DNA from: an uncultured virus (IMG/VR IMGVR_UViG_3300035670_000050)
Lineage: Duplodnaviria; Heunggongvirae; Uroviricota; Caudoviricetes
Strand: one strand, 5' to 3'
IMG/VR virus record: IMGVR_UViG_3300035670_000050
Span: 1-64,000 of that record
DNA length: 64,000 bases
Position numbers and translations under genes: made by a program. Position 1 is the first letter of the stretch; the number at the start of each line of letters is the position of its first letter. The notes beneath the pieces are model-generated. The model did no database searches, was not told the origin of the DNA, and worked only from the letters and a program-made list of their open reading frames with translations. This document shows positions 25,257 through 33,837 of this stretch, in pieces.

Positions 25257-25586
25257 ATGAAAGTATCTCGCTTTGCTGTTCTTCAAATTGATAATGACGA
25301 TATTCTCCGTAACACCGATATTATGTTTCGGCCAACAAAAGAATTGGTTGAATCTCTTTCAATGGAATATAGTATCGTTGCTATAATCGATGGCACCTCA
25401 TTAGATAATGTTTTTATGATTGGTAATGTTGGTGAATATGAATCTCTTATTGAACGATTACAAGATATGCGTAGTATCTCGGTTGGTGATGTAATTCATA
25501 ATCTAGAAACTGATGAAATGTTTTGTGTTGATAGAATCGGTTTCTTTCCAGTCGAATTAAAAGAAGATATTACGGAGAATGTATAA
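25257..25586 (+). CDS. YodL-like hypothetical protein
   Basis: RSISVGDVI motif. Confidence 0.6.
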   Translation: MKVSRFAVLQIDNDDILRNTDIMFRPTKELVESLSMEYSIVAIIDGTSLDNVFMIGNVGEYESLIERLQDMRSISVGDVIHNLETDEMFCVDRIGFFPVELKEDITENV

Positions 25587-25771
25587 TGAATATGAACGCT
25601 TTTAAAGTTATTCAAGCTGCAAGTATGATTAATCAAATGACTAATAATGAGATACAATTACTTGCTGAATGTATTATTGATGGTAATGGTGAGAAACTTG
25701 CTGATTATATTAGTATGGTTGCTCGTGATCGTGATTATATGAATATCGAGGTGCAAGAACCAGTATGTTAA
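25586..25771 (+). CDS. hypothetical protein
   Basis: Coupled ORF with GGAG RBS. Confidence 0.65.
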   Translation: MNMNAFKVIQAASMINQMTNNEIQLLAECIIDGNGEKLADYISMVARDRDYMNIEVQEPVC

Positions 25772-26094
25772 TATTTACAAATCAAAAATCTAAAAAACGC
25801 AAAGTCAATACAAAACAAAAACAATTAATAACAGAATGGCAAGAATTAGTTAATCGTACTAAATTAATTAAGCCTGTTTCTGGTGTAACAAAATATAAAC
25901 CAACACCCACAGTATTTAAACGAGAAACACCATATATTCCTTCTAAAGATACTGGTTATTATAATACTTACAAACGGCCAGACCAATATTATACTGGTGA
26001 TAATATGAAAGGTATTGGTACATTACATAAATCAAATGCTGTTCCAATATTTACGGATGAAGAGGCAAGAGATCAAGCCGCAATGAGGCGTTAG
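25765..26094 (+). CDS. conserved phage hypothetical protein
   Basis: YTG..GIGTLHKSNAVPI motif. Confidence 0.75.
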   Translation: MLIFTNQKSKKRKVNTKQKQLITEWQELVNRTKLIKPVSGVTKYKPTPTVFKRETPYIPSKDTGYYNTYKRPDQYYTGDNMKGIGTLHKSNAVPIFTDEEARDQAAMRR

Positions 26095-26167
26095 TTAGTA
26101 CTCACTAACTTAGTGTTGTTTTTTGGCAACAGTAGTGCTTGACAATTCGGCAGATTATTGTTATAAT
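26094..26167 (+). promoter_or_regulatory. early promoter cassette with two palindromes
   Basis: GTTAGT-N4-ACTAAC; TGTTG-N8-CAACA; TTGACA-17-TATAAT. Confidence 0.85.
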
Positions 26168-26199
26168 GTTTACATGATGATTGATAAGGACATTCTGTA

Positions 26200-26937
26200 A
26201 TGAAACTGCTTTCTATTGGAAACCCCAAAATTCTCAAAGGCATGAAGCAAGGTTATATGACTTACATTTTGCACCTTGCACCTGCTGATGTTTCTGGGTA
26301 CAATACTTGCGCTAAGGCGACTGTAGGTTGCAAAAAGGCATGTCTGAATACCGCAGGCCGTGGCGGAATGTTCAAAAAAGGCGAAACGACAAATGTAATT
26401 CAACAGGCTCGTATTCGCAAAACAAAATTATTTTTCGAGAATCGTGCTGAGTTTATGACGCTTCTAGTAAAAGACATTCAATTGGCAATCAAGCAGTCTG
26501 CCAAGAAAAATCTAATCCCAGTTTTTCGTTTGAATGGTACGAGTGACCTTGCATGGGAAAAATATGATGTTATCGATAACAAAAACATTTTTGAGGTATT
26601 TCCAAATGTACAATTCTATGACTACACTAAAATTCTTGGCCGTAAAGTACGGGACATTCCTAATTACCACCTTACATTCAGTGCAGCCGATGGTAATGAT
26701 GCTGACGTCCTTTCGGCTATAAAACAAAAATACAATGTCGCAACAGTGTTCGGTATTAAGAAATCGCAACCGATGCCTGAGACTTACGAAGGCATGCCAG
26801 TTTTCAATGGTGATGAATCTGACCTGCGTTTTCTTGATCCGAAAGGTGTTGTAGTTGGTCTGTATGCCAAAGGTAAAGCGAAAAAAGATACCTCTGGTTT
26901 TGTTAAGTTTCCCACTTTTATGATGAAAGTTGCTTAA
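26200..26937 (+). CDS. Gp88-like protein
   Basis: CxxxxxGCxxxCL, RLNGTSD, FYDYTK, GDESDLRFLD. Confidence 0.75.
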   Translation: MKLLSIGNPKILKGMKQGYMTYILHLAPADVSGYNTCAKATVGCKKACLNTAGRGGMFKKGETTNVIQQARIRKTKLFFENRAEFMTLLVKDIQLAIKQSAKKNLIPVFRLNGTSDLAWEKYDVIDNKNIFEVFPNVQFYDYTKILGRKVRDIPNYHLTFSAADGNDADVLSAIKQKYNVATVFGIKKSQPMPETYEGMPVFNGDESDLRFLDPKGVVVGLYAKGKAKKDTSGFVKFPTFMMKVA

Positions 26938-26941
26938 TATA

Positions 26942-27082
26942 ATGGATAATTTTCTGCTTAGTGTTGAAAAAGATGAATATGGTTTTTATCGTGCAATCTT
27001 TTCTGATGGTACGGTGATTGATTTAGAAACTGATAATTATGCCGATGCTGTTTGTGCGGCTGACCAATTGGAGATTGTATAA
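26942..27082 (+). CDS. small acidic hypothetical protein
   Basis: 46-aa ORF; TAATG coupling to next gene. Confidence 0.55.
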   Translation: MDNFLLSVEKDEYGFYRAIFSDGTVIDLETDNYADAVCAADQLEIV

Positions 27083-27468
27083 TGGGTACTCGTTCGCTTA
27101 CATATGTTTTTGATAATGAAACTCCTGTAGTTTGCATGTATCGTCAGTTTGATGGTTATCCGTCAGCGCACGGTGCAGAACTTGCTGGGTTTCTTGATGG
27201 TTTTGAAGTCGTAAATGGTTATGATGAGAAGAAACCTAAACTTGCAAATGGTATGGGTTGTCTTGCAGCACAGATGATCGCATTTTTCAAAGTCGGTGTC
27301 GGTGGGTTTTATCTTGAACCTGTCGAACTTGGACAAGATGTTTGCCAAGATTATGAATATCATGTTTACCGTGATAAAGTCAAAATTCTTGACGGCGATC
27401 AAAGTGAACTTTTTTCTGGTTCTTGGCAAGAATTCTATGACCACTGTACCGTGAAAGAAGCGGCATAA
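27082..27468 (+). CDS. conserved phage hypothetical protein
   Basis: MGTRS...YRQFDGYP. Confidence 0.75.
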   Translation: MGTRSLTYVFDNETPVVCMYRQFDGYPSAHGAELAGFLDGFEVVNGYDEKKPKLANGMGCLAAQMIAFFKVGVGGFYLEPVELGQDVCQDYEYHVYRDKVKILDGDQSELFSGSWQEFYDHCTVKEAA

Positions 27469-27483
27469 ATGCTCAGGCAACGC

Positions 27484-27512
27484 TTGACTTTTGTGCCTAC
27501 CTCTGTTACAAT
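27484..27512 (+). promoter_or_regulatory. sigma70 promoter
   Basis: TTGACT-17-TACAAT with extended TG. Confidence 0.7.
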
Positions 27513-27546
27513 GTAGTCTGTTCAATCAAATAAGGAAATTTATATC

Positions 27547-28065
27547 ATGCGTGTTGCGAAAAAATCTAGTCTTCTTCAGTGGGAAAAAATTCTCAAAGTA
27601 ATGCTTACAGGCAAATCTGTAAGTCGTGAATCTCTTGAGGCTATGCCTGAAATGAAAGATGTACCTCTGTATCGTCTTTCCACTTTCATCTGGCGTATCA
27701 AGAAGACTGGCGGTGTAGTGAGTCTGACCAAAGATGGTCGCAAAGTCGAAGGCTATGTTCTGAAGAATATTGCTGAGATGCAAGAGTACCTAGACAATAG
27801 GGAAAAAACTTTCGGTGCCAAGAAAACTGCCAAGGCACCCAAGGCAACAAAAACTCCTAAGGCTCCGAAGGCTCCGAAAACGCCTAAGACTCCTAAGAAG
27901 AAAGTTGCCAAGACTCAAGTTGTAGAAACTCTTGACGATCTTGATGCTAAACCTTTGAAGAATAAACTTGTCGAAGAAATTTCTGTCGAAGAAATTGTAG
28001 ATGAATTTGATTCTGAAATTGATGATATCGTCAATGACATCCGTGACAATGTTGCTCCGTTTTAA
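27547..28065 (+). CDS. putative DNA-binding protein with (K-A/T-P)n repeat and acidic tail
   Basis: KAPKATKTPKAPKAPKTPKTPKK; D/E-rich C-terminus. Confidence 0.65.
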   Translation: MRVAKKSSLLQWEKILKVMLTGKSVSRESLEAMPEMKDVPLYRLSTFIWRIKKTGGVVSLTKDGRKVEGYVLKNIAEMQEYLDNREKTFGAKKTAKAPKATKTPKAPKAPKTPKTPKKKVAKTQVVETLDDLDAKPLKNKLVEEISVEEIVDEFDSEIDDIVNDIRDNVAPF

Positions 28066-28191
28066 TTGAATTGATTTGGAAGGGGGAGTGAGCGGCATAC
28101 CAGTGTATGCGCCTTACTCTTAAATGACAGCAGACTCGCCGAGAGGCGCTCGGTTGTGCCCCGTTGCATCTTATATACAAAGGAATTTATT

Positions 28192-28473
28192 ATGATTAGC
28201 GATAAACGAGAAGTGATTGATGTAAAAGAAAACAGTAATTTTTCTACTTTCTTTGCACTCTTTGGTACTGTTAGTTTTGTTGTGGCTGTTGCACTTGCTT
28301 ATCTGAGTTATGGAACTTATCAAAATGCTTTTACTCTAAGTAAGAGTCAATTTGTTTGCACCAAAATTGAACAGTTAGGTAAAAATATGGATGACGTAAC
28401 TTGTGTTCAATATACTTCACAAAAATTCTATAAGGAAGCAGTCGTTCTGAATCGTACTGCTATGAATCAATAA
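28192..28473 (+). CDS. membrane-anchored hypothetical protein
   Basis: Single TM helix; AAGGA RBS. Confidence 0.7.
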   Translation: MISDKREVIDVKENSNFSTFFALFGTVSFVVAVALAYLSYGTYQNAFTLSKSQFVCTKIEQLGKNMDDVTCVQYTSQKFYKEAVVLNRTAMNQ

Positions 28474-28760
28474 TGAATAGTACACAAAAAGAAATAATGT
28501 TAATTGCACAAGAAGAATGTGCAGAAGTTGTACAGGCAATTAGCAAATGTTTTCGTTTTGGGTTTAACGAAAAACACCCAAATGAAGAAATGACTAATCA
28601 ACAAAGGCTTGAAGAAGAAGTTGGTGATCTTCTTTGTATGATTAATCTGATGATGGATAATCGAATCATCGACAAACTTGCTGTAGACTTTGCCATTGAT
28701 GCGAAGTCTGAAAAAATTCGTAGATGGTCTAATATTTTTGGTGTAAAAAATGCTGCCTGA
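28473..28760 (+). CDS. MazG-like NTP pyrophosphohydrolase
   Basis: QEECAEV...EEEVGD. Confidence 0.8.
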   Translation: MNSTQKEIMLIAQEECAEVVQAISKCFRFGFNEKHPNEEMTNQQRLEEEVGDLLCMINLMMDNRIIDKLAVDFAIDAKSEKIRRWSNIFGVKNAA

Positions 28761-28950
28761 AAGTAAATTTAAAACTGCCTTTAATTACTTGCGTTATAGT
28801 GGTGCTTCTGTTAGCATCACTATAAATCCTTTTCATTGGAATATCATACCTAAATATTTTGCATCAAACGAATGGCCTAATGAAAAGACAAAGGCAGTTT
28901 CATGGTTATTTTTAACAATCCGTTTTTGGATAGATGATGGGAGTTGGTAA
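28750..28950 (+). CDS. hypothetical protein
   Basis: Operonic ORF. Confidence 0.65.
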   Translation: MLPESKFKTAFNYLRYSGASVSITINPFHWNIIPKYFASNEWPNEKTKAVSWLFLTIRFWIDDGSW

Positions 28951-29222
28951 TGAATAGTGTTGGTAATATTTTTGATGTTGAACAATCAATCATGCAATGT
29001 TGGGGTGTTGTTGATGATCTTAAACTGCTTACTGAGCAAGTGTATGATCGTCCACAACCACTTACAGAAGATGAATTAGGAAACATTCTGATTGGTATGC
29101 AATCATTGTATCAATTAAAGTTTGAAAAGTGTTTTAATGAGTTTGAAGAACTCTGTAAGAATTACCACAAATATCGCAAAGTATATGAGGCAGTCGAACG
29201 AGCAAAGGACGATGGCAAGTGA
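28950..29222 (+). CDS. hypothetical protein
   Basis: FDxEQxIMxCWxVVDD motif; TAATG coupling. Confidence 0.7.
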   Translation: MNSVGNIFDVEQSIMQCWGVVDDLKLLTEQVYDRPQPLTEDELGNILIGMQSLYQLKFEKCFNEFEELCKNYHKYRKVYEAVERAKDDGK

Positions 29223-29761
29223 ACATTTTTTATTTGAATCCAGACCCCCAAAAATGTGCTGAGATGCATTGCGACCGGCATGTTTTGAAGATGATCATTG
29301 AATATTCACAGCTCATGTCTACTGCACATCGTATTCTTGACGGCAAAGAGTATATTGATGTTACTGCAAATGGTCGCAAGATCAAACGCTGGCGCATGGA
29401 AGATTCGAAGTATGAATCTGGTTTGATGAAGGCATCACATATCAATCACCCATCTGCCGTATGGACTCGTAAAACAAAACAGAATTACATATGGCTTAAT
29501 CGCATGTGGAATTATCTGTTGCTTGAATATACACATCGTTACGGCAAACGCCATGCTTGTGCGAACTATATGGAATTGTTGTATATGTGGCCAGAAAATA
29601 TTTCCGATGGGCCATTTACTCCGCCAACACCTGCAATGCCTGATGAATGTAAAGTACCAAATGATTCGTTAGCATCGTATCATAAATATTACATCGAACG
29701 AAAAAATCATTTTGCTCGATGGAAAAATCGTGAAACTCCAAACTGGTACATAACAACATGA
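29219..29761 (+). CDS. pyrimidine-dimer DNA glycosylase (DenV-like family)
   Basis: MNIFYL...HCDxHVxKMIxEYxQ...HxNHPSAVW. Confidence 0.75.
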   Translation: MNIFYLNPDPQKCAEMHCDRHVLKMIIEYSQLMSTAHRILDGKEYIDVTANGRKIKRWRMEDSKYESGLMKASHINHPSAVWTRKTKQNYIWLNRMWNYLLLEYTHRYGKRHACANYMELLYMWPENISDGPFTPPTPAMPDECKVPNDSLASYHKYYIERKNHFARWKNRETPNWYITT

Positions 29762-30312
29762 CTATATTAGCTAAAGCAACATATGATAAACACAGAGAAG
29801 TAGAAAATCTTCCACTCATACAGAAAATAATGACTGGCAAAGTAACAAAGCCAGAATATGTTTTTTATCTGTATGAGTTGTATCACATTTATGGTGTTCT
29901 AGAAGACCTTGCTGAAAAGGAAGGTCTTCTTTTTGGTTTGACAGATGTAAAACGCCAAGCAAAAATTAAACAAGACTTAGATGAATTAGATCCTGGTTAT
30001 GAGCGTGATATTTTTGAGTCTACATCAAACTATATTCAATATCTGAAAGACCTTGTAGCTGATCCAACTAGAAAACATTTGTTGTTTGCACACATTTATG
30101 TTAGGCACATGGGCGATCTATATGGTGGAAAATTAATGGCAAGAGTGATACCTGGTTCTGGGTATTCATATCAATTTGAAGATCGACCAAAATTAATTAA
30201 AGAGTTTAGTGAGAGATTGAGTATGGGTCTTGCAGATGAAGCAAATAAAGCTTTCGATTTCTTTGTGGGAATATTTACTGAGATGGGAAATCATTTAGAT
30301 GCCAACATTTAA
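29758..30312 (+). CDS. heme oxygenase
   Basis: TxxxHxxxE proximal His; AHIYVRHMGDLYGG. Confidence 0.88.
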   Translation: MTILAKATYDKHREVENLPLIQKIMTGKVTKPEYVFYLYELYHIYGVLEDLAEKEGLLFGLTDVKRQAKIKQDLDELDPGYERDIFESTSNYIQYLKDLVADPTRKHLLFAHIYVRHMGDLYGGKLMARVIPGSGYSYQFEDRPKLIKEFSERLSMGLADEANKAFDFFVGIFTEMGNHLDANI

Positions 30313-30607
30313 ATTTTTAAATACAGAGACAAGTGAAGAATTCGAAGACTTTCTAACCAATTCAAGAAAAGAAGAATTGCTTCAAAAGAATCCACACATA
30401 CAACAGATGCCAACAAGTTTTGGTATCACAAGTATGAGTGGTAGTTTCGATTCAAAGACAGACGATACATGGAAAGAAGTATTATCTAAAGTTGCAGAGG
30501 CTCATCCCGAATCTCCTGTTGGTGAACGATACGGTAAAAAATCAATCAAAGATGTTCGCACAAGAAATATTGTAGATACACACTTCCGAAAATGGAAGAA
30601 CACTTAA
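30299..30607 (+). CDS. FmdB-like conserved T4-like protein
   Basis: MPTFxFxNxETxEEFE...WKEVLSKVAEAHP. Confidence 0.65.
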   Translation: MPTFKFLNTETSEEFEDFLTNSRKEELLQKNPHIQQMPTSFGITSMSGSFDSKTDDTWKEVLSKVAEAHPESPVGERYGKKSIKDVRTRNIVDTHFRKWKNT

Positions 30608-31272
30608 TGACATTTAATCATATCAAATTAAAAGAGTTGGATTTTGATCTAGTATCAGAAACAACCGAATCTGGAAGAAAGTATAAAACACCTGACGGTA
30701 AACTTTATCCTTCTATTACTACTGTTTTGTCATCGTACAATAAACAAGCAATCATGGAATGGCGACAAAGAGTTGGTGAAGAAGAAGCCAATAAGATATC
30801 AAGGCAGGCAGCAGGTCGTGGTACTAAGTTACACAATACAGTAGAGAATTATCTACTCAATGAAATGTCTGACATGAAAATGCAGACTATGATGCCAGAT
30901 ACCAAAGAATTGTTCATGTCTGTTAAACCATTTATCGATTCGCATATTGGTGATATCTATGGTATTGAACAGGCACTTTACAGTCACAAATTAAGACTTG
31001 CAGGTCGGTGTGATTGTATTGCAGAATGGGATGGTAGACTGTCTATTGTTGACTGGAAAACAGCATCAAAGAAGAAAGATGCTGAACATATACAGAATTA
31101 CTTTATGCAGGCTACCGCATATGGAGAAATGTTTGGTGAACTCACTGGCAAGTCAATCAACCAGATCGTTGTGGCGATTGCTGTGCAAAGTGAATTTCCT
31201 CAAATTTTTATTGAAGAAAAGACTAAATATCTTGCACCACTCAACCAGTTCATAGAAAGGTACTGGAAATGA
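30607..31272 (+). CDS. PD-(D/E)XK exonuclease (Cas4-like)
   Basis: YPSITTVL, RGTxxH, AGRCDCIA, VDWKT, QxxAY. Confidence 0.88.
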   Translation: MTFNHIKLKELDFDLVSETTESGRKYKTPDGKLYPSITTVLSSYNKQAIMEWRQRVGEEEANKISRQAAGRGTKLHNTVENYLLNEMSDMKMQTMMPDTKELFMSVKPFIDSHIGDIYGIEQALYSHKLRLAGRCDCIAEWDGRLSIVDWKTASKKKDAEHIQNYFMQATAYGEMFGELTGKSINQIVVAIAVQSEFPQIFIEEKTKYLAPLNQFIERYWK

Positions 31273-31586
31273 AATCACTAATCGCAGCTTTAATGATGTT
31301 TCCTTTGGCTGCATTTTCTCAAAACTATCAAATCCCAATCGATTGTGGTGATGAAGAACAGATGAGAGAAATGCTTAGAGTATACAAAGAAGTACCAGCA
31401 TTTCAAATGGCAACAATAAGAGAAAGTGTTACTACTAGTCAACCAATGAAGATTCACACTACTCTTTATATTAATTTTGAGACTAAATCTTGGACTCTTG
31501 TAGAATATTTTCCTGGCGACAAAACATACTGTATTATCAGTTCAGGCGAAGAAATTAAACCGGCAAATAACGGTAAACCTGCTTGA
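31269..31586 (+). CDS. exported hypothetical protein
   Basis: N-terminal signal-peptide-like sequence. Confidence 0.7.
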   Translation: MKSLIAALMMFPLAAFSQNYQIPIDCGDEEQMREMLRVYKEVPAFQMATIRESVTTSQPMKIHTTLYINFETKSWTLVEYFPGDKTYCIISSGEEIKPANNGKPA

Positions 31587-31611
31587 CAAAATAAATAGTT
31601 TCTGTTATAGT
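31583..31611 (+). promoter_or_regulatory. tmRNA promoter
   Basis: TTGACA-17-TATAGT; ATAAATA in spacer. Confidence 0.75.
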
Positions 31612-31617
31612 AGTAAT

Positions 31618-31950
31618 ATGATCGTATGAAGTTAATTGAAAGGTGTTCTGGACGAGGGTTCGATTCCCTCCAGGTCCACCAGAAAGCATACTATGAAGAT
31701 CGGTCAAGGACTGCCGGTAGGCTGCATAATAGCAGATAGCCCCGACTGAAAAAGTGCAGATTTAGTATGCTTCCTAATGGGCCTGACCTGGTTTCGACAG
31801 GGCAAAGAGTAGAAAGATGGACGATCCGACACAGAGAGTCGTAAAAAGTAAATAAAATAAACGCAAACGATGAGCGTTTCGCTTTAGCTGCCTAAGGCAT
31901 GCTGAGCTGAGGTTTCGCCGACTGTACCTTATCACCCAATCAGTCGGCAC
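31618..31950 (+). ncRNA. ssrA: circularly permuted (two-piece) tmRNA, tag ANDERFALAA
   Basis: 3' tRNA-like part GGACGAGGGTTCGATTCCCTCCAGGTCCACCA ends 31681 and precedes 5' part GGGCCTGACCTGGTTTCGAC at 31779; G3.U70; tag 31863-31895. Confidence 0.92.
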
Positions 31951-31973
31951 TTATTTTTTTATGGGAAAACATT

Positions 31974-32678
31974 GTGAAAGTATACATCAGCAAATATCGT
32001 AATCATTGGTTGTCTCCATATACAATTTTGACCAAAATTTGTTTTTGGGAAAAAGACAAAGACATCATCTATAATCTTGATGACGATCCAAAAAACAAGT
32101 ACGAGAAGTTTGTCAATCTTCTGAATCCTGTTTGTGTTGGGTTTCAGAAGTTTCTTGATTTTGTTCATCCAAGAATTGAGTATGTCAAGATTGACAAGTA
32201 CGACACTTGGAACATGGATACAACATTGTCTCCAATCATCCTGCCAATGCTCAAGCAGTTGAAAAAGACTAAGCATGGTTCTCCTATGGTAGACTTAGAG
32301 GATGTACCAGAACATCTTCGTTGCATCACACATGAAGAATATGATGCACAAGAAACTTTTGATTTCTATAAGCAAGACGAACCAAAAGAAAGTCATTGTG
32401 ATATTCATGCACGATGGGAATGGGTTCTTGATGAAATGATTTGGGCATTTGAACAGTTATGTAACGATGACTATGATGCACAATTCCATACTGGTGTACA
32501 TGATATGAAGTCTGTACCTTGCGAGTGGGATGAGAATGGTAAACCAACTCTTTATACTTTTGAGAGGGGACCAAATCACACCGCAGAGTTTGATCGTGAA
32601 GGTTACGAAAAGTACAATGAACGAATCAATAACGGTACAAGACTGTTTGGTAAGTACTACAGAAATCTGTGGGACTAA
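31974..32678 (+). CDS. conserved phage hypothetical protein
   Basis: DTWNMDxTL...RWEWVLDEMIWAFE...LFGKYYRNLWD. Confidence 0.8.
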   Translation: MKVYISKYRNHWLSPYTILTKICFWEKDKDIIYNLDDDPKNKYEKFVNLLNPVCVGFQKFLDFVHPRIEYVKIDKYDTWNMDTTLSPIILPMLKQLKKTKHGSPMVDLEDVPEHLRCITHEEYDAQETFDFYKQDEPKESHCDIHARWEWVLDEMIWAFEQLCNDDYDAQFHTGVHDMKSVPCEWDENGKPTLYTFERGPNHTAEFDREGYEKYNERINNGTRLFGKYYRNLWD

Positions 32679-32727
32679 ATAGCTAACCAGTTAATCTGGT
32701 ACACACATAACACACAAGGAGAAAACT

Positions 32728-32994
32728 ATGTCTAATATGACACCATTTGAGATACGCTTAGAATTGTTAAAACTTGCAAAAGATATGCTTGAACAAGACT
32801 ATTTTGCAAAGCGAGAAGTGTCTCACAATAACTGGCAAGTTTCAACTGAAAACGCCAGACTGGCAGGAACATCTGTTCCTAATCAGCCAGAACTTCCACC
32901 ATACCCATCAGAACAAGAAGTGATACTCAAAGCACAATCTTTGAATACCTTCGTCTCTAATATCTCAGTAGAGAAATCAACCAAAAAATCCTGA
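32728..32994 (+). CDS. conserved phage hypothetical protein
   Basis: PFEIRLELLKLAKDML; AGGAG RBS; CTAAATA upstream. Confidence 0.8.
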   Translation: MSNMTPFEIRLELLKLAKDMLEQDYFAKREVSHNNWQVSTENARLAGTSVPNQPELPPYPSEQEVILKAQSLNTFVSNISVEKSTKKS

Positions 32995-33000
32995 TGGACT

Positions 33001-33024
33001 AGAGAGGCTTAGGCCTCTCTTTTA
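33001..33024 (+). terminator. hairpin/terminator
   Basis: AGAGAGGC-TTAG-GCCTCTCT followed by TTT. Confidence 0.6.
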
Positions 33025-33039
33025 ACAAGGAGAATTCAA

Positions 33040-33585
33040 ATGTATCGTTTACTTCTGAGTCTTTTCGGACTTATGTTTGCAACCATATTTTTTATTGAGA
33101 CTCTAAGACCATTAAGACACCAACAGATAGAAATTGCAACAGACTTCAATAATCTATCACGGTTTGCACAAAAAGAAGTTCAATGTCTTGCCAAGAATAT
33201 TTACTTTGAGGCAAGAAGCGAACCAAAAGAAGGGCAAGTTGCTGTAGCCTTTGTAACATTAAATCGTGTTTTTTCTAAAGACTTTCCAAATACAATCTGT
33301 GAAGTCGTAGAACAAAGAAATTCACGCCTTTGTCAATTTTCTTGGTATTGTGAGGCAAGACCTAATTACTTGTACCGTAATAATATATTGACAATTACTA
33401 ACAACAAAGAGTATAATGAGATTCGTGATTTAGCAGTTTACATTTATGCTAATTTTGAAATGATGAAAGACCCATCAAGAGGTTCTTTGTATTACCATGC
33501 CGACTATGTGAACCCTAATTGGCGACATTTAGAAAGAGTTGTTACAATTGGTAGACACATTTTTTATAACGAAAGGAACACCTGA
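33040..33585 (+). CDS. SleB-like cell wall hydrolase
   Basis: CLAKNIYFEARSE...NRV...CQFSW...YHADYV.P.W...IGRHIFY. Confidence 0.9.
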   Translation: MYRLLLSLFGLMFATIFFIETLRPLRHQQIEIATDFNNLSRFAQKEVQCLAKNIYFEARSEPKEGQVAVAFVTLNRVFSKDFPNTICEVVEQRNSRLCQFSWYCEARPNYLYRNNILTITNNKEYNEIRDLAVYIYANFEMMKDPSRGSLYYHADYVNPNWRHLERVVTIGRHIFYNERNT

Positions 33586-33821
33586 TGGCTGATAATTTAT
33601 TTTTAATTTGTATTACAACAATGATTGTTGTTTTCATATTGTCAATTACAACATATTACATCAATCAAAATGTTTTAATGTCTGCAAACATTGAAAAAGC
33701 AGTTGCAAAAGGCGTTGATCCACTTTCAGTTCGTTGTGCATATGCTGTATCGCAAGATATTCTTTGTATAACTTATACGGCAAGTTCAAAACAAATTGTA
33801 GTAGAATCAACTAAAAAATAA
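33585..33821 (+). CDS. small membrane protein
   Basis: N-terminal TM; GVDPLSVRC. Confidence 0.7.
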   Translation: MADNLFLICITTMIVVFILSITTYYINQNVLMSANIEKAVAKGVDPLSVRCAYAVSQDILCITYTASSKQIVVESTKK

Positions 33822-33837
33822 TCAAAGGAAATATAAA

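Noticed and set aside
30607..31272. Cas4-like nuclease as evidence of a CRISPR system
   Set aside because: Solo PD-(D/E)XK exonucleases are routine in T4-like phages; no array or other cas genes are present.
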